Numbered from the stretch's first letter, positions 26,761 through 38,186 are shown. The stretch is 39,498 nt of DNA from Nitrospirota bacterium (GCA_040754455.1 JBFMCP010000030.1:1-39498), one strand, 5' to 3'. Made by a program: numbers and translations. The notes: generated from the letters alone by a model not told the origin.

Positions 26761-29503
26761 GCCCGAGACTGAAATGGATTTCACCTCTACTCTCTCCTTT
26801 CTCTGGGTTCAGTTTATAGCCGTAGTCGATCCGGAACGGACCAACCGGCGTATTGTAACGGAGCCCAAGGCCGGTCGTATATTTGAGGTTTGAAATGTCT
26901 GTATCCTCAACTTTCTGCCATACATTGCCGGCATCGACAAAGGTAACGAGACCGAATCCTCTTCCTATGTCGGTCCTCACCTCGAAGTTCCCCATGGTGA
27001 AGGCGTTTCCACCTGTCGGGTTGTCGTCGACTCCTTTGGGCCCCAGGGCGTCCTGCGCATACCCACGGACCGTGGTCCTTCCGCCGAGAAAGAAACGTTC
27101 GACAATCGGCAACTCTCTCGTATCACCGAAGCCTTTGGCAATCCCGCCGCGCAGCGATACGGCGAGGACATTTCTCCTGCCCAGTCCCATGTACTTGTTC
27201 ACATAGAGCGAGAGCTTGGCAAAGTGTGTCTCTGACAGCAGGAGGGGTGAGGCGAATTTGAACGAGAGTCCTGCAAGCAGCCCTTTCCTCGGCTCAAAGG
27301 GATTATCCCTGGTATCATAGATCAGGCCGGGGCGTATGCCGCTGATGATGAGTGTACCGACGTCCTCTCTGCTCAGTATCACGTCCGGCTTTACATCGAA
27401 GGTCTTCACTACGGAAAAGTCATAGCTCAGTTCGGCTTTCAGTGTCTCAGTCAGCCTTTTCTCGACACCGGCGGTAATGGTATCTCTTTTCAACCGATAA
27501 CGGATTTCATCCTTTTCGATGTTCCGCTCTTTCCGTTCCTCATGGAGCAGCAATGCCCTGAAGGTGAGGTCCTCATTCAAGAACCATGGCTCAAAATAGG
27601 ACAGGATGTAACGCTGCTCCAGGGTGCTCACCTCGGTCCTGAACGACAGCTGCCGGTTCGTCCCCCATAAATTCCTGTAGCTTACATCGAAAAAGGCCCT
27701 GAACGCTTCGTACTCTCCGTAGCCGACACCGAATTCAACGGCACCCGGTCTGGCCTCTTTGACCCTGTACACGATGTCCCGGGTAGCGTCTCTTTTTTCA
27801 GCGGGGGTTACCTCGATATCGGTAAAGAGCCCCAACCTATAGAGCTTCTGCCGCTCCTTGAGGAGGAGACTGTAGTCAAAAGGGGTATCCTCCTTTACGC
27901 TCAATTCTCTTCGGATAACACGCGGCCGCGTCTGTTCGTTACCGATGATGACATTCTTGCCGAAATAAGTGATCCCGCCTTCCTGAACCGTAAATGTTAC
28001 CGATGCCGAGGTGTCGACGATCTCACGCTCCGCAGCAACCTTGGCATCGAGGAACCCTTTTCTGTTATAGAGCTCAAGAATCTTTCTCCGCGCATCGGAA
28101 ACGTCCACTTCATTGTACGGCTGTCCTAACCGCAAAGGGATCGCATCGAGGAGCTCTTTATCCGAAAAGGCGGAATTATTCTTGAGGGAGAGTTCCTTCA
28201 GCACTACCTGGGGACCTTCACGGAGATCAAAGACAATTGCAGCGTTGCCGTTTGTCAGGGACACCTCAGGCTCCTGCACCTCCAGGTAAAGATACCCAAG
28301 GGCGTGATAGAACTCGGTCAGGTTCTCCACATCGGTTTCCAGGAGCTCGGGGTTGTAGTAGGCTCCTGTTTTATGGGCGATAATATCCTTGAGGCGCTCG
28401 GCAGGTATGGTAACACCTTCGAAGGCGATAGAGCGCACCCGGTACCGTTCTCCTTCGAATATAAAGAAATCAAGATGGATATGATTCCGCTCGGGCACTG
28501 ACTGGACGGGGGCAACCTGCACAAAAGGATAGCCGTGACTATGATAGAGCGACACGATTCTCGATGCCGTCTCTTCGATCAGGTCTTCGCTGATCTCGTC
28601 GATCTCATAAAAAGGTATCTCTTTCATGAGCGTTTTTGAAGATATCCCGGCATTCCCCTTAAAACCCACGGTAAGCTTCTTTCCGGGATCCAGTACAATG
28701 GACAGAATGCCGTTGCTGAACGTGGAGGACAGCGCAGCTCCCACGTATCCCTTTTTCTTGTAGTTTCGTATCACTTTCTCTTCAAGAGATTCCAGTTGCT
28801 TGGCGTCAAAAATATCTCCTGATGAAAGCTTCAGATACGACCTGACCACATCGTCGGGCCCTGCAATGGTTATATCCCTGATCCTCTCCGGGGTCCCTTC
28901 TTGCACGGTGATCACCACCTCGACGGTATTGCCCTTGCGGGGAACAACTGCGGCGGCAATATTGGCGTTGGCAAATCCACGTTTTGCCATCTCCTCCTTG
29001 AGGTTGCTGATGCCTCGCCTTACCTTGAGCCGGCTGAGGCGTTCTCCTTTGCTGAGGGCCGTCTGCTTTTTTATAAAGCTTTTGGAGAAATGGTCATTCC
29101 CCTGTACCTTGATCGCACCGATAACCTTCTTCTCCTTCACCGTCACCCTGATGCGGGTATGCTCCTGATCAAGACTCTCGACCACAATATCATCGAATAC
29201 CCCCTTCAAAAAGGCCCTTTCAATACCTTCCTGCAGCGCCTTTCTGTCCAGCGGTCTTCCCCTGCGGAGATCGAGAAGGTAGAGAAGTTCCCATTCAGGG
29301 ATCGATGAGAGCCCCCGCACCTCGATCGTTGCAATGGGCTGAACTGCTGTCTCTGTGGTCTGGGCATCGGCGAACGTCAGAATCCAGGAGCCAGGAGCCG
29401 GGAGCCAGAAGAAAAGAGAAAGAACAAACGGCAAAATACAAAAAAGCCTTTTGACTTTCTTCTGAATTCTTGATTCTGACTCCCGGCTCCTATTTAAATT
29501 CAA
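26750..29503 (-). CDS. Omp85-family outer-membrane protein assembly factor (BamA/TamA-like, multiple POTRA domains)
   Basis: POTRA repeats, ERFFLGGRTTVRGY, GLRYNTPVGPFRIDYG and C-terminal Phe. Start uncertain; TTG 29503 is proposed. Confidence 0.9.
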   Translation of the reverse strand: MNLNRSRESESRIQKKVKRLFCILPFVLSLFFWLPAPGSWILTFADAQTTETAVQPIATIEVRGLSSIPEWELLYLLDLRRGRPLDRKALQEGIERAFLKGVFDDIVVESLDQEHTRIRVTVKEKKVIGAIKVQGNDHFSKSFIKKQTALSKGERLSRLKVRRGISNLKEEMAKRGFANANIAAAVVPRKGNTVEVVITVQEGTPERIRDITIAGPDDVVRSYLKLSSGDIFDAKQLESLEEKVIRNYKKKGYVGAALSSTFSNGILSIVLDPGKKLTVGFKGNAGISSKTLMKEIPFYEIDEISEDLIEETASRIVSLYHSHGYPFVQVAPVQSVPERNHIHLDFFIFEGERYRVRSIAFEGVTIPAERLKDIIAHKTGAYYNPELLETDVENLTEFYHALGYLYLEVQEPEVSLTNGNAAIVFDLREGPQVVLKELSLKNNSAFSDKELLDAIPLRLGQPYNEVDVSDARRKILELYNRKGFLDAKVAAEREIVDTSASVTFTVQEGGITYFGKNVIIGNEQTRPRVIRRELSVKEDTPFDYSLLLKERQKLYRLGLFTDIEVTPAEKRDATRDIVYRVKEARPGAVEFGVGYGEYEAFRAFFDVSYRNLWGTNRQLSFRTEVSTLEQRYILSYFEPWFLNEDLTFRALLLHEERKERNIEKDEIRYRLKRDTITAGVEKRLTETLKAELSYDFSVVKTFDVKPDVILSREDVGTLIISGIRPGLIYDTRDNPFEPRKGLLAGLSFKFASPLLLSETHFAKLSLYVNKYMGLGRRNVLAVSLRGGIAKGFGDTRELPIVERFFLGGRTTVRGYAQDALGPKGVDDNPTGGNAFTMGNFEVRTDIGRGFGLVTFVDAGNVWQKVEDTDISNLKYTTGLGLRYNTPVGPFRIDYGYKLNPEKGESRGEIHFSLGHAF
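29377..29491. repeat. Imperfect inverted heptamer-repeat element, copy 2
   Basis: Minus strand: AGCCGGG AGTCAGA ATCAAGA ATTCAGA ... CTCCCGG CTCCTGG CTCCTGG ATTCTGA. Confidence 0.75.
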
Positions 29504-32500
29504 ATCTGAACTTGATGTCTCCACCCAGTCCGCCCCTTTCATCACGTACCCCAACGAGTGAAGTGTTCTTTCCCACCTGGTATTCCAGCTTCCATATCTG
29601 TTCTTCACCCGAGCCTACCGCAGCGCTGTAGGTAACGTACAGCTTGTCTCCGAGCAATCTCTTGGCGATCGTCACGCGCGGTGCCACCGTGCCGGTCGTC
29701 TTGGAGACAGAGGGATCGACTTGCACCCGGTCAAATCCGGTCACGGTCTTCAGCCGCTCCTCGATCACATCCTGTAATTTCCCGGTGAGAAAAGACGTGG
29801 CCTCGCCGGCGCCGATGCCGCCTTCCAGCCCCTGCAGACTCTTTCCGACCTGACCGACAGTGAGAAGGCTGAAAATATCGGTCTCGCTCAACGGCGGATC
29901 CGATGCAAGGGAGAGATTGAACTGTTCGGCATAGCCCTCGAGGCTGAGCCGTATATTGTAATTCCTCGCCCTCGTTTCAGCAACCACATCGAAATAAGGC
30001 CGTATCTGGTTCGGATTCGAGAAGTCGATGTTCCCCTTAAGGATTTTGAATTCATTGTTCCTGAAATACACGACGCCCTCTTTTGCCTCGATCTTGCCGA
30101 GCAGTACAGGCTGGCCGATCGTGCCTCGTATGAGCATATCCGTACGGAGCCCTGCACGCGCCACATTGTTGTCAATAATGAGGTTCGGGCTTACTAGCCG
30201 TACATTCAGGGCAGTAGCATCAAACCGGGTGGGTTCTGTTCTGATCCTTTCCCTCTGACGCGCTTTGAGGAGCCAGCTTTTCCACTCTACCCTTCCCGTA
30301 TAGCGGGCCCTCCTCAAGGCGATGTCGCCGAGTATGGTCTGCGCATTCGTGTCGCCCCGGTAGTAGAGCGTGCCGTCGAAGCTGGTCCAGAGGTCCTTGG
30401 AGAGGGAAGCGGTAATGTTTTTAAGACGAGATTCGATGAAAAAACGTTTTATCGAAAACTTCTGGAGGTACGCAGTGCCGAACAACGAGACATCTCCTCC
30501 GGAGAGCTTTCCCTGGGCCCTCTCGAGGACAACTCTGTCTTCGTCGATGTACACATACGCCGACAGCGACGAGAGGCGGTAGTGGATATTCTTGATCCCC
30601 AGCGTGCCGTTGGTGATATCCAAAGCGCCGTTTACCTTGGGCCGTTCCCAATTGCCCGTAACGGACACGACAAAGGTGGCATTGCCTTTCAGCACATCAA
30701 GCGTCTTCGAGAGCGCCTTGAGGGGTGCAAGCGACGAAGCACCTTCGAGCAGCAGGTCGTAGCTCTTGCCGATCACCATACCGCCGCTCACCTTGAATTC
30801 GGTGACGTCACTCTTCATCGTTAAGGTACCGATGGAAAGCCGCTTGTCTTCGAGACGGGCTACGATAGGCGTCGCATTCGTAAAACCGGTCCCGTAGGCA
30901 TAGAGGTGAGCCTTGTTAAGTGTTATCAGCGCATTGACGCTCTCCCTGTCGCCCTGTGCCTTTATCGAGCCCCTGAGGCTGAGCAGCAGATCGTCGGGGA
31001 CATCTTTCAAAAAGCTGGCAATAATGAAATCGTACCGCGCAGGCTGGAGGTCGATGGCGGCTTTCCACGGGAAGGTCCCGGCAAGGTGTGCCTCAGCAGC
31101 GATCCCCATCTTTCTATCCAGCAGCGACGCATTCACCTTGAGATCCTTTCCCTTGAGGCTTCCCGCGATCGATCCCCTGCCGAAGGAGTGCCCGCGGTAG
31201 GCCCCCCCCTGGACATCACCGGCGAACTCGAGAGAGGGATGCATGAACGTGCCTTCACCTTTGACGCTCACCTTTGTCAGGACGATGGTGTCGAAGACAT
31301 TCTCACGCGAAAGTTCCTTGTACTTTTCCTCGATACGCCGCCTTATCTTTGCCGGCAACACATCCGCAATGCTGACCTTCTGGCCACTCGCTTCAAGCGA
31401 GAACACCTTATCAGTCGTAATGCGCCCCTGCGCATGCAGTACGGAGTTTCTGTTTCTTAAGCGAACCGAGGTGAAGGTGAACCCCTTATCCTTATAGGCG
31501 GCACTACCTGCGACATCCTCGACTGCATAGGTATCGTCGAGGATGACATTACTCCCCTGGAAACCGCCGGTCATACGGATGTCATCTGGTGCCCCGTACA
31601 ATTTGAATTCAGCATGCATTGTTCCGGAAAGGCGCGGACTCCCCTGGAACAGGGCGGTCAGCCGTTCAAGATCGATCTGGCGCGCGGACAGGGAGAGATC
31701 ATAGTCAGGCCTTTTCATATCGAACAGCGCATCTGCCCTCGGGAAACGAATGACTCCTGAGCCCCTGTATTCCTCTGAGGAAGAACGTGCAGTGAGTGAC
31801 TTCAGGTTTAGCAGGGTCTTTCGATAGGTCACGGCCCCTTCGACGGTATCAAAACGTATATTCCTGTCATACACGACATCGGAAATGCCGAGCCTCCCGG
31901 TTTTGAGGGTCATGCCTGCAGAACTGAATTTCATATCGAGCACCGGGTCATCAAGATTTCCTGATATGGTCGAAGAGAACCGTACCGGCCCCGAGAGCGC
32001 AGTAACGTATGGAGAGGTGAGCTCGATCATATCTGATGCGGTGCCGTTTCCGGTGATATGCAGCGTACTGTTTTTGATATCGACATCTCCAGTTGCAGCA
32101 ACCTGCGAGGCTCCGGTCGAGATGGTAAGATGCTCGAAATGGAGGACGTCATCTCTCATGACAAACGCGCTTTTCACCTCTCGAACCCTGTCAAGAATAT
32201 CGCGGCCTTTCGGAACACTCCGATAGAAGAAACTTCCGGAAGGGTTGAAGGCGCTTCCTTCCGAGGTGATCTCGCCGCTCACACGGCCTGCGGGTATGCC
32301 GGGATCCCACCCGATGAGCTTGAACACTTCCTTGCTGTGCACCTCTTTTACGGTAATTTTCAGACTATGACGGTCCACCACGGGAAGGGGTATCGCCGCT
32401 TCCGCAGTCGCCGTCCCCCCATAAAGAACAGCCCTGCCCTCGTTGAATCTCATGACGCCTCCACGATAGGAGACGGTGCAGAGCAGCCTGTCGACATCGA

Positions 32501-33509
32501 CATTAAAGATGTTTCCTTTTTTAAGATCAGCCCTGCCCTCGGCAATAAGGTTGGTGAGCGGGCCTTTCATGGTCCCGTTGATCGTGATATGCCCCTTGAG
32601 CGGCTCGGTGACCTTCAACAGCTCCATCAGCGTTTCGAGAAAAAGGTCTCCCTGTACCGTCACATCCACTACGACATCACCGAGACCCCGCTTCAGGCCA
32701 TCAAAGCGGATGGTTCCCTTTGCGGTAAGGGCCCCTTCACCGCTGTTTCTGAGCCCGAATATCTTCCTGAGGGACTCGATCCTGAGCTTGATGTCCGACG
32801 TAAATCTCCCCAGCAGGCCTTTGCTTTCGAGCGTTCCCGAGAGGGCAACGGTGGACTTGAAGGCTTCGGCCTTGAAGCTCTTCAAATCTACCAGCGAATC
32901 TTTTACAAAAAAGGTGGTATCAAAGGAGGTGGTGAGCTCAGGAAGGTCTTTTTTTTTGAGCACAGCCTTTTTTGAGGCAAGGCGGAAGCGCGGCACATCA
33001 GAGAGTACTACCAGGGCGTCGAATTCCTCCAGAGCGATCTGATATTCATTGTCCCGGAAGGAGATGGAGCTATCGACCAGATCAATCGATTTTACTTTTA
33101 CCTTGAATGCACTCTTTTGTTCTTCAGCGAGATATCTCTTTATATTCGTTACGATCTCCTCAACCTGCTCCCGGCTGGTGCGGACTCCGGCACCTTTGAT
33201 CACCAGCCGCTTAACGACGATCTCTTTACTGAGCAGCCCCGAGAGTCCTATATACCCCTTTACACGATCGAGCTCAACGATTCTGGTGCCGTTATCATCG
33301 AATACTTTCAGTCCTTTTATCTCAATAAAAAGGGGGACAACATTGATATAGATCTTCTGCGCAATGAACTTCTTGCCTGTTGCGAGCTCAAGCTCGGGGA
33401 GGATCAGCTTCTTGAGGACATTGGATACGTTCGGCCCTCGCGAAACATAGAGGAACATGCCGAAAATCAGAACAAAAATCAGTATATAAACGATCTTTCG
33501 CTTATTCAT
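29490..33509 (-). CDS. tamB: Translocation/assembly module TamB (AsmA-like, DUF490 C-terminus)
   Basis: 1339 aa with an N-terminal TM anchor, beta-rich body, SDPPLSETDIFSLL and a GDIKFRFEFK end; adjacent to the Omp85 gene. Confidence 0.88.
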   Translation of the reverse strand: MNKRKIVYILIFVLIFGMFLYVSRGPNVSNVLKKLILPELELATGKKFIAQKIYINVVPLFIEIKGLKVFDDNGTRIVELDRVKGYIGLSGLLSKEIVVKRLVIKGAGVRTSREQVEEIVTNIKRYLAEEQKSAFKVKVKSIDLVDSSISFRDNEYQIALEEFDALVVLSDVPRFRLASKKAVLKKKDLPELTTSFDTTFFVKDSLVDLKSFKAEAFKSTVALSGTLESKGLLGRFTSDIKLRIESLRKIFGLRNSGEGALTAKGTIRFDGLKRGLGDVVVDVTVQGDLFLETLMELLKVTEPLKGHITINGTMKGPLTNLIAEGRADLKKGNIFNVDVDRLLCTVSYRGGVMRFNEGRAVLYGGTATAEAAIPLPVVDRHSLKITVKEVHSKEVFKLIGWDPGIPAGRVSGEITSEGSAFNPSGSFFYRSVPKGRDILDRVREVKSAFVMRDDVLHFEHLTISTGASQVAATGDVDIKNSTLHITGNGTASDMIELTSPYVTALSGPVRFSSTISGNLDDPVLDMKFSSAGMTLKTGRLGISDVVYDRNIRFDTVEGAVTYRKTLLNLKSLTARSSSEEYRGSGVIRFPRADALFDMKRPDYDLSLSARQIDLERLTALFQGSPRLSGTMHAEFKLYGAPDDIRMTGGFQGSNVILDDTYAVEDVAGSAAYKDKGFTFTSVRLRNRNSVLHAQGRITTDKVFSLEASGQKVSIADVLPAKIRRRIEEKYKELSRENVFDTIVLTKVSVKGEGTFMHPSLEFAGDVQGGAYRGHSFGRGSIAGSLKGKDLKVNASLLDRKMGIAAEAHLAGTFPWKAAIDLQPARYDFIIASFLKDVPDDLLLSLRGSIKAQGDRESVNALITLNKAHLYAYGTGFTNATPIVARLEDKRLSIGTLTMKSDVTEFKVSGGMVIGKSYDLLLEGASSLAPLKALSKTLDVLKGNATFVVSVTGNWERPKVNGALDITNGTLGIKNIHYRLSSLSAYVYIDEDRVVLERAQGKLSGGDVSLFGTAYLQKFSIKRFFIESRLKNITASLSKDLWTSFDGTLYYRGDTNAQTILGDIALRRARYTGRVEWKSWLLKARQRERIRTEPTRFDATALNVRLVSPNLIIDNNVARAGLRTDMLIRGTIGQPVLLGKIEAKEGVVYFRNNEFKILKGNIDFSNPNQIRPYFDVVAETRARNYNIRLSLEGYAEQFNLSLASDPPLSETDIFSLLTVGQVGKSLQGLEGGIGAGEATSFLTGKLQDVIEERLKTVTGFDRVQVDPSVSKTTGTVAPRVTIAKRLLGDKLYVTYSAAVGSGEEQIWKLEYQVGKNTSLVGVRDERGGLGGDIKFRFEFK

Positions 33510-33565
33510 GACGATCTATCCAGCTTTATTCGATTACCTATTATATATGAGAACATGAGAGGGCG

Positions 33566-36097
33566 TCATGGTGTCAGGGCAACTTTAGCCAGTTCTGACG
33601 CCCCGAGTGACTGCAGCATCGCAAAAAGCCTCTCGCTCTCGAATTTGCCGCCCCGGTATTGCAGATAAAACACATCCTGGGCGATCCCCTCTTCCGTGTT
33701 GATCACCGCCGACGTGATATCCGCTCCCTGCGCGAGAAGACGGTTCGCCACCTCGTACAGCAGTCCGAACCGGTCAGGCAGGAACAACTCGAGGATCGTA
33801 TGCGTCTCTGATGTCTCGTTATCGATCTCGATAAAGCTCTCAAATCTGAAAAAGGGCCCGGGAGTCCGGTAATGATGGAGATCACTGCTTGATGCTACTG
33901 TATCGCGCAGGCGTGTCGGAGCTCCCTCGTTCAAGAGGATGGCGTTGCGCAACTCCTCATACAAGAGCTCCTCTATGCCCTTCCACCATACCTCTCTCCA
34001 GTTCGAGATCACAAATTTATCGATGACCCGGCCGTCCCTGCCGGTATATATACGCGCACGGAGTACGTTGAGCCCGTTAGAGCTCAGCACTCCTGCAATC
34101 TTTGCAAAGAGGCCCGGCATATCACCGGCGGCAATGCAGATTTCAACGGTTGTATCAGCCCTCTCTCTGAGCGCGATCGCAACCCCTTCCTTCTTCCCCC
34201 TCTCGAAGAGGTGATAATCAGCATTAATTATATCATCTGTGCTCGAAATCAGATACCGATCAGGCATGTTTGCAACAAACTCCCGAAGTTTTACATCAAG
34301 GGTCCCGACCGCTTTCCCCTTGCTGCCCTTCAGATGCTCCAGTGTCCTTGCATAGAGCTCGTGAAAGAGGTACGCCTTCCAATCGGTCCAGAACAGAGGA
34401 TTGACGGCACTCATGTCGGCATAGGTCATAAGGTAGAGCGCGTTCAGGTTATCCTCGGTTTCGACGATCTCCGAAAGCTGTGCGATCGTCTCCGGGGCCT
34501 CGACATCGCGCGCAAATGCGAGCTTCGCCAGGATAATGTGGTTCTTAACGAGAAATTCTATTCTCCGGCGGTCGGCGTAATCGATAGTGAAGCGCTCCAG
34601 GATTGTCTTCAGCATCCGGTATCCGGCCTCCTCATGTCTCCTCGAGACACCCTTGCCGATGTCGTGGAGAAGAAGCGCGAGAAACAGTATATCCGGTTTC
34701 ACCTTCCTGAAAATATCGGCAAGATAGGAAAGCTTTGTCTGCTCCGGCTGCCGCAGTGCCTCAAGATTTCTTATGGCGATCAGGGAATGTTCATCAACGG
34801 TATACCTGTGGTAGGGCTCGGAAATGACGAGGTGCCGCAGCTTGCCGAATTCAGGGATGAAGCGGTCCAGAATTCCAGTCTCATGCATCGCCCGTAGCGT
34901 TACATACACCCTGTCACCCCTGAGTATGTTGAGGAAATGGTGAACCGCCTTCTGAGAGGCCCTTGTCTTCCTATTGATAAAGAGGAATCTGCCTTTTATG
35001 TGCTCTTTCACCTGACTGCTCAGCTTTTTCCCGGTAACCGAAGAGTGATAAAAAACCTCGATGATTTTATCGGTGTCCTTGAACAGCGTCCTGTCCCGAA
35101 CAATGATCTCGTTCTTCGATATGAAGAAATCGCTGGTGATCTTTTTGAATGAAAAAGAGACCGGAAAGAAGCTGACCAACTGGCTGCTGCAATGATGCGC
35201 CACCTTGGATAGTGTTTCCATTACCGTCGCGGCTTTTTTATAGTACAGACGCATCATAATTTCCGCGGCACTGAAGCGTTTGGTCGTTTTAAATCCCAGC
35301 AGTCGGGCTGTCCCTTCGTGAAATTCGAAAGAGAGCAGATCGTTCTTTCTCTTCGAGAAGGCATGCAGACATGCCCTCGCTCTCAGAAGAAAATCGAATG
35401 AAGCCATGAAGTGTTTGTAGTCCTGCGGCGGGAGCAGACCATGGAGCGCATTAAAATCATCGAAGCGAAGGACGGTCTTGGCGAGCCACGCTATCGAGTG
35501 GATATCACGCAAGCCCCCCCGCCCTTCCTTTATATTAGGCTCGAGCAGGTAGACCGATTCTCCATAGAGCCGGTGCCGCCGATCGATTTCGCGCAGCATA
35601 TCGCCGATAAAGTCCCTCTTCCTTTTGAAGAGGATCTTGGGGTAAACATCTCTGATAAACTCTCTGAAAAGCTCCTGATTTCCGGAGAGAAACCTCGATT
35701 CGATGAGCGCGGTCCGCGTTTGTATGTCGGCAAGCGAATCTTCTACGCACTCCTCCAGCGTTCTGAAGCTGTGGCTTATGGCAGCCCCCGTATCCCAGAG
35801 GCGGTAGAGCACGGATTGTGCGGCCTCGGTAGTGCTCCTATTTCTGTCCTTTGCGAGCACCATGATATCAATATCCGAAAAAGGGGCCATCTCACGTCTT
35901 CCATACCCCCCAACGGCGACGAGCGCCAGGGGAGCAGAGGGAGCAACGCCCTCACACAGCAGAGCATCCTCAAGAACTCCGGACAGAAGCCTGTCGACGA
36001 GGTCGGTAAGGGTACGGGCAAGCGACAGGCCGCCACACCCCGAGCGCATGCATTCCTCGGTCTTTTCGCACAATTGCTCGCTTATGAGATGTCCCAT
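33566..36097 (-). CDS. glnD: [Protein-PII] uridylyltransferase/uridylyl-removing enzyme
   Basis: AVGGYGRREMAPFSDID, EPNIKEGRGGLRD, HRYTVDEH, LLHDIGKG and two ACT domains. Confidence 0.95.
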   Translation of the reverse strand: MGHLISEQLCEKTEECMRSGCGGLSLARTLTDLVDRLLSGVLEDALLCEGVAPSAPLALVAVGGYGRREMAPFSDIDIMVLAKDRNRSTTEAAQSVLYRLWDTGAAISHSFRTLEECVEDSLADIQTRTALIESRFLSGNQELFREFIRDVYPKILFKRKRDFIGDMLREIDRRHRLYGESVYLLEPNIKEGRGGLRDIHSIAWLAKTVLRFDDFNALHGLLPPQDYKHFMASFDFLLRARACLHAFSKRKNDLLSFEFHEGTARLLGFKTTKRFSAAEIMMRLYYKKAATVMETLSKVAHHCSSQLVSFFPVSFSFKKITSDFFISKNEIIVRDRTLFKDTDKIIEVFYHSSVTGKKLSSQVKEHIKGRFLFINRKTRASQKAVHHFLNILRGDRVYVTLRAMHETGILDRFIPEFGKLRHLVISEPYHRYTVDEHSLIAIRNLEALRQPEQTKLSYLADIFRKVKPDILFLALLLHDIGKGVSRRHEEAGYRMLKTILERFTIDYADRRRIEFLVKNHIILAKLAFARDVEAPETIAQLSEIVETEDNLNALYLMTYADMSAVNPLFWTDWKAYLFHELYARTLEHLKGSKGKAVGTLDVKLREFVANMPDRYLISSTDDIINADYHLFERGKKEGVAIALRERADTTVEICIAAGDMPGLFAKIAGVLSSNGLNVLRARIYTGRDGRVIDKFVISNWREVWWKGIEELLYEELRNAILLNEGAPTRLRDTVASSSDLHHYRTPGPFFRFESFIEIDNETSETHTILELFLPDRFGLLYEVANRLLAQGADITSAVINTEEGIAQDVFYLQYRGGKFESERLFAMLQSLGASELAKVALTP

Positions 36098-36285
36098 TGC
36101 TCCTCACCGTTACGTACCTGATTCTCCGGCGTTTCGCTCACGCAGCAGAGCGAAATCCTGACTTTTGAGTTTAACATATTAGAGAGGGCAGAGCGTGTAC
36201 GGCTCGTGCGGAAGAAAAACGATCCCTACAAAATTGTTCAGCCATTCCACCCTGTTCATGACGTTCGGGAGCGCTCATTTTGATA

Positions 36286-36314
36286 TTGAAGAATGCCGAC
36301 GATGCTGTTATAAT
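36286..36314 (+). promoter_or_regulatory. Sigma70-type promoter of fhs
   Basis: TTGAAG-17 nt-TATAAT with extended -10 TG. A second TGCTGTTACAAT lies about 50 bp downstream. Confidence 0.55.
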
Positions 36315-36422
36315 TCCTGGATGTACTTGTCTTTTGCCGTTGACAAGATACGTGTGCTGTTACAATGACGAACGGTCAGTCTGTCCTTATCACATAAAAA
36401 AAGAAAGAGTAAGGAGGTCAGT

Positions 36423-38186
36423 ATGCCACTTGATCCAACGAAGCACGCCGATTGGGAAATCGCCGAAGCAGCAGAGAAGAACATGAAGACCGTCTACCAG
36501 CTGGCAGAACAGCTGGGATTGGAGAAGCACGAACTTCTCCCCCACGGTCACTACGTCGCAAAGGTTGATTTTAAAAGCGTTCTTGAGCGCCTCAAGAACA
36601 AGCCTGACGGCAAGTACATTGACGTTACCGCCATTACGCCGACTCCCCTCGGCGAAGGAAAATCGACCACGACCATCGGATTGACCCAGGGTATGGGAAA
36701 GCGCGGCAAGAATGTTATCGCCGCGATCCGTCAGCCCTCCGGCGGACCGACCATGAACATCAAAGGTTCGGCAGCAGGCGGCGGTCTCTCTCAGTGCATT
36801 CCCCTCACCCCGTTCTCGCTCGGACTTACCGGCGACATCAATGCGATCATGAACGCCCACAACCTCGCCATGGTCGCCCTTACCTCCCGCATGCAGCACG
36901 AATTCAACTACACCGATGAGCAGCTCGCAAAGCGTAAGCTGAAGAGGCTCAACATCGATCCCCGCAACGTGGAAATGAAGTGGATCATCGACTTCTGCGC
37001 CCAGGCGCTCAGGAATATCGTGATAGGCCTCGGCGGCAAAACTGACGGCTTCATGATGCAGTCCGGCTTCGCCATTGCGGTCTCATCCGAGGTCATGGCG
37101 ATTCTCGCGGTCGCAAAAGACCTGAAGGATATGAGAGAGAGAATGGGCAAAATCGTTGTCGCCTACAGTAAGAGCGGCGAGCCCGTCACCACCGAAGACC
37201 TCGGCGTTGCCGGTGCAATGACCGCGTGGATGGTCGAGGCGCTCAACCCGAACCTCATGCAGACCATCGAGGGCCAGCCGGTATTCGTCCATGCAGGACC
37301 GTTCGCCAATATCGCAATCGGCCAGTCATCAATTATCGCCGACAGGGTCGCCCTCAAACTCGGTGATTACAATATTACCGAGTCGGGCTTTGCCGCCGAC
37401 ATCGGCTTCGAAAAGTTCTGGAACCTCAAGTGCCGCTACTCCGGACTCAAACCCAATGCAGCAGTCCTCGTCGCAACCATCAGGGCGTTGAAGTGCCACG
37501 GCGGCGCGCCCATTCCGGTCCCGGGCAAGCCTATTCCCGAGGAGTACAAGGGCGAGAATGTCGGCTGGGTCGAGAAGGGGTGCGACAACCTTATTCACCT
37601 GGTGAATGTCATCAAAAAGGCGGGGATCAATCCCGTCGTCTGCATCAACGCCTTCTATACCGATACCGATAACGAGATCAAGGCCGTTCGCAGAATTGCA
37701 GAGGCTGCAGGCGCCCGTGTCGCCCTTTCCAAGCACTGGCAGTACGGCGGCGAGGGTGCGCTCGAGCTTGCCGATGCGGTCATCGACGCCTGCAACGAGC
37801 CGAACGATTTCAAATTCCTCTATGAGCTCGATACCCCGCTCCGTAAGCGTATCGAGTTGATCGCAACCCAGGTCTACGGCGCCGACGGAGTTGATTACTC
37901 TGCCGAAGCTGCTGCAAAGGCAAAGCGGCTCGAAGCAGACCCCGAGATGGCAAAGCTCGGCACCTGCATGGTGAAGACCCATCTCAGCCTCTCGGACAAT
38001 CCGAACCTGAAGGGTGTGCCGAAAGGCTGGAGGCTCTATATCCGTGACATCCTCACCTACAAGGGAGCAGGCTTCGTTGTCCCTGTTGCAGGCTCCATTA
38101 CCCTGATGCCGGGAACAGCTTCAGACCCTGCATACAGGAGAGTCGATGTTGATGTCGAGAGCGGAAAAGTAAAAGGGCTGTTCTAA
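36423..38186 (+). CDS. fhs: Formate--tetrahydrofolate ligase
   Basis: [38 protein letters not shown] and LMPG; AAGGAGG RBS. Confidence 0.97.
   Translation: MPLDPTKHADWEIAEAAEKNMKTVYQLAEQLGLEKHELLPHGHYVAKVDFKSVLERLKNKPDGKYIDVTAITPTPLGEGKSTTTIGLTQGMGKRGKNVIAAIRQPSGGPTMNIKGSAAGGGLSQCIPLTPFSLGLTGDINAIMNAHNLAMVALTSRMQHEFNYTDEQLAKRKLKRLNIDPRNVEMKWIIDFCAQALRNIVIGLGGKTDGFMMQSGFAIAVSSEVMAILAVAKDLKDMRERMGKIVVAYSKSGEPVTTEDLGVAGAMTAWMVEALNPNLMQTIEGQPVFVHAGPFANIAIGQSSIIADRVALKLGDYNITESGFAADIGFEKFWNLKCRYSGLKPNAAVLVATIRALKCHGGAPIPVPGKPIPEEYKGENVGWVEKGCDNLIHLVNVIKKAGINPVVCINAFYTDTDNEIKAVRRIAEAAGARVALSKHWQYGGEGALELADAVIDACNEPNDFKFLYELDTPLRKRIELIATQVYGADGVDYSAEAAAKAKRLEADPEMAKLGTCMVKTHLSLSDNPNLKGVPKGWRLYIRDILTYKGAGFVVPVAGSITLMPGTASDPAYRRVDVDVESGKVKGLF

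Noticed and set aside
26644..29491. CRISPR array interpretation of the heptamer repeats
   Set aside because: There is no repeat-spacer periodicity and no cas gene; the units are 7-bp tandem repeats.
36098..36130. Possible remnant of a PII (glnB) 3' end upstream of glnD (RIR...NGEE-like)
   Set aside because: The match is very short, needs a frameshift, and GAGGAG is simply the glnD RBS.
36315..36422. ZTP or THF riboswitch upstream of fhs
   Set aside because: The leader is short and I could not identify the conserved aptamer motifs.
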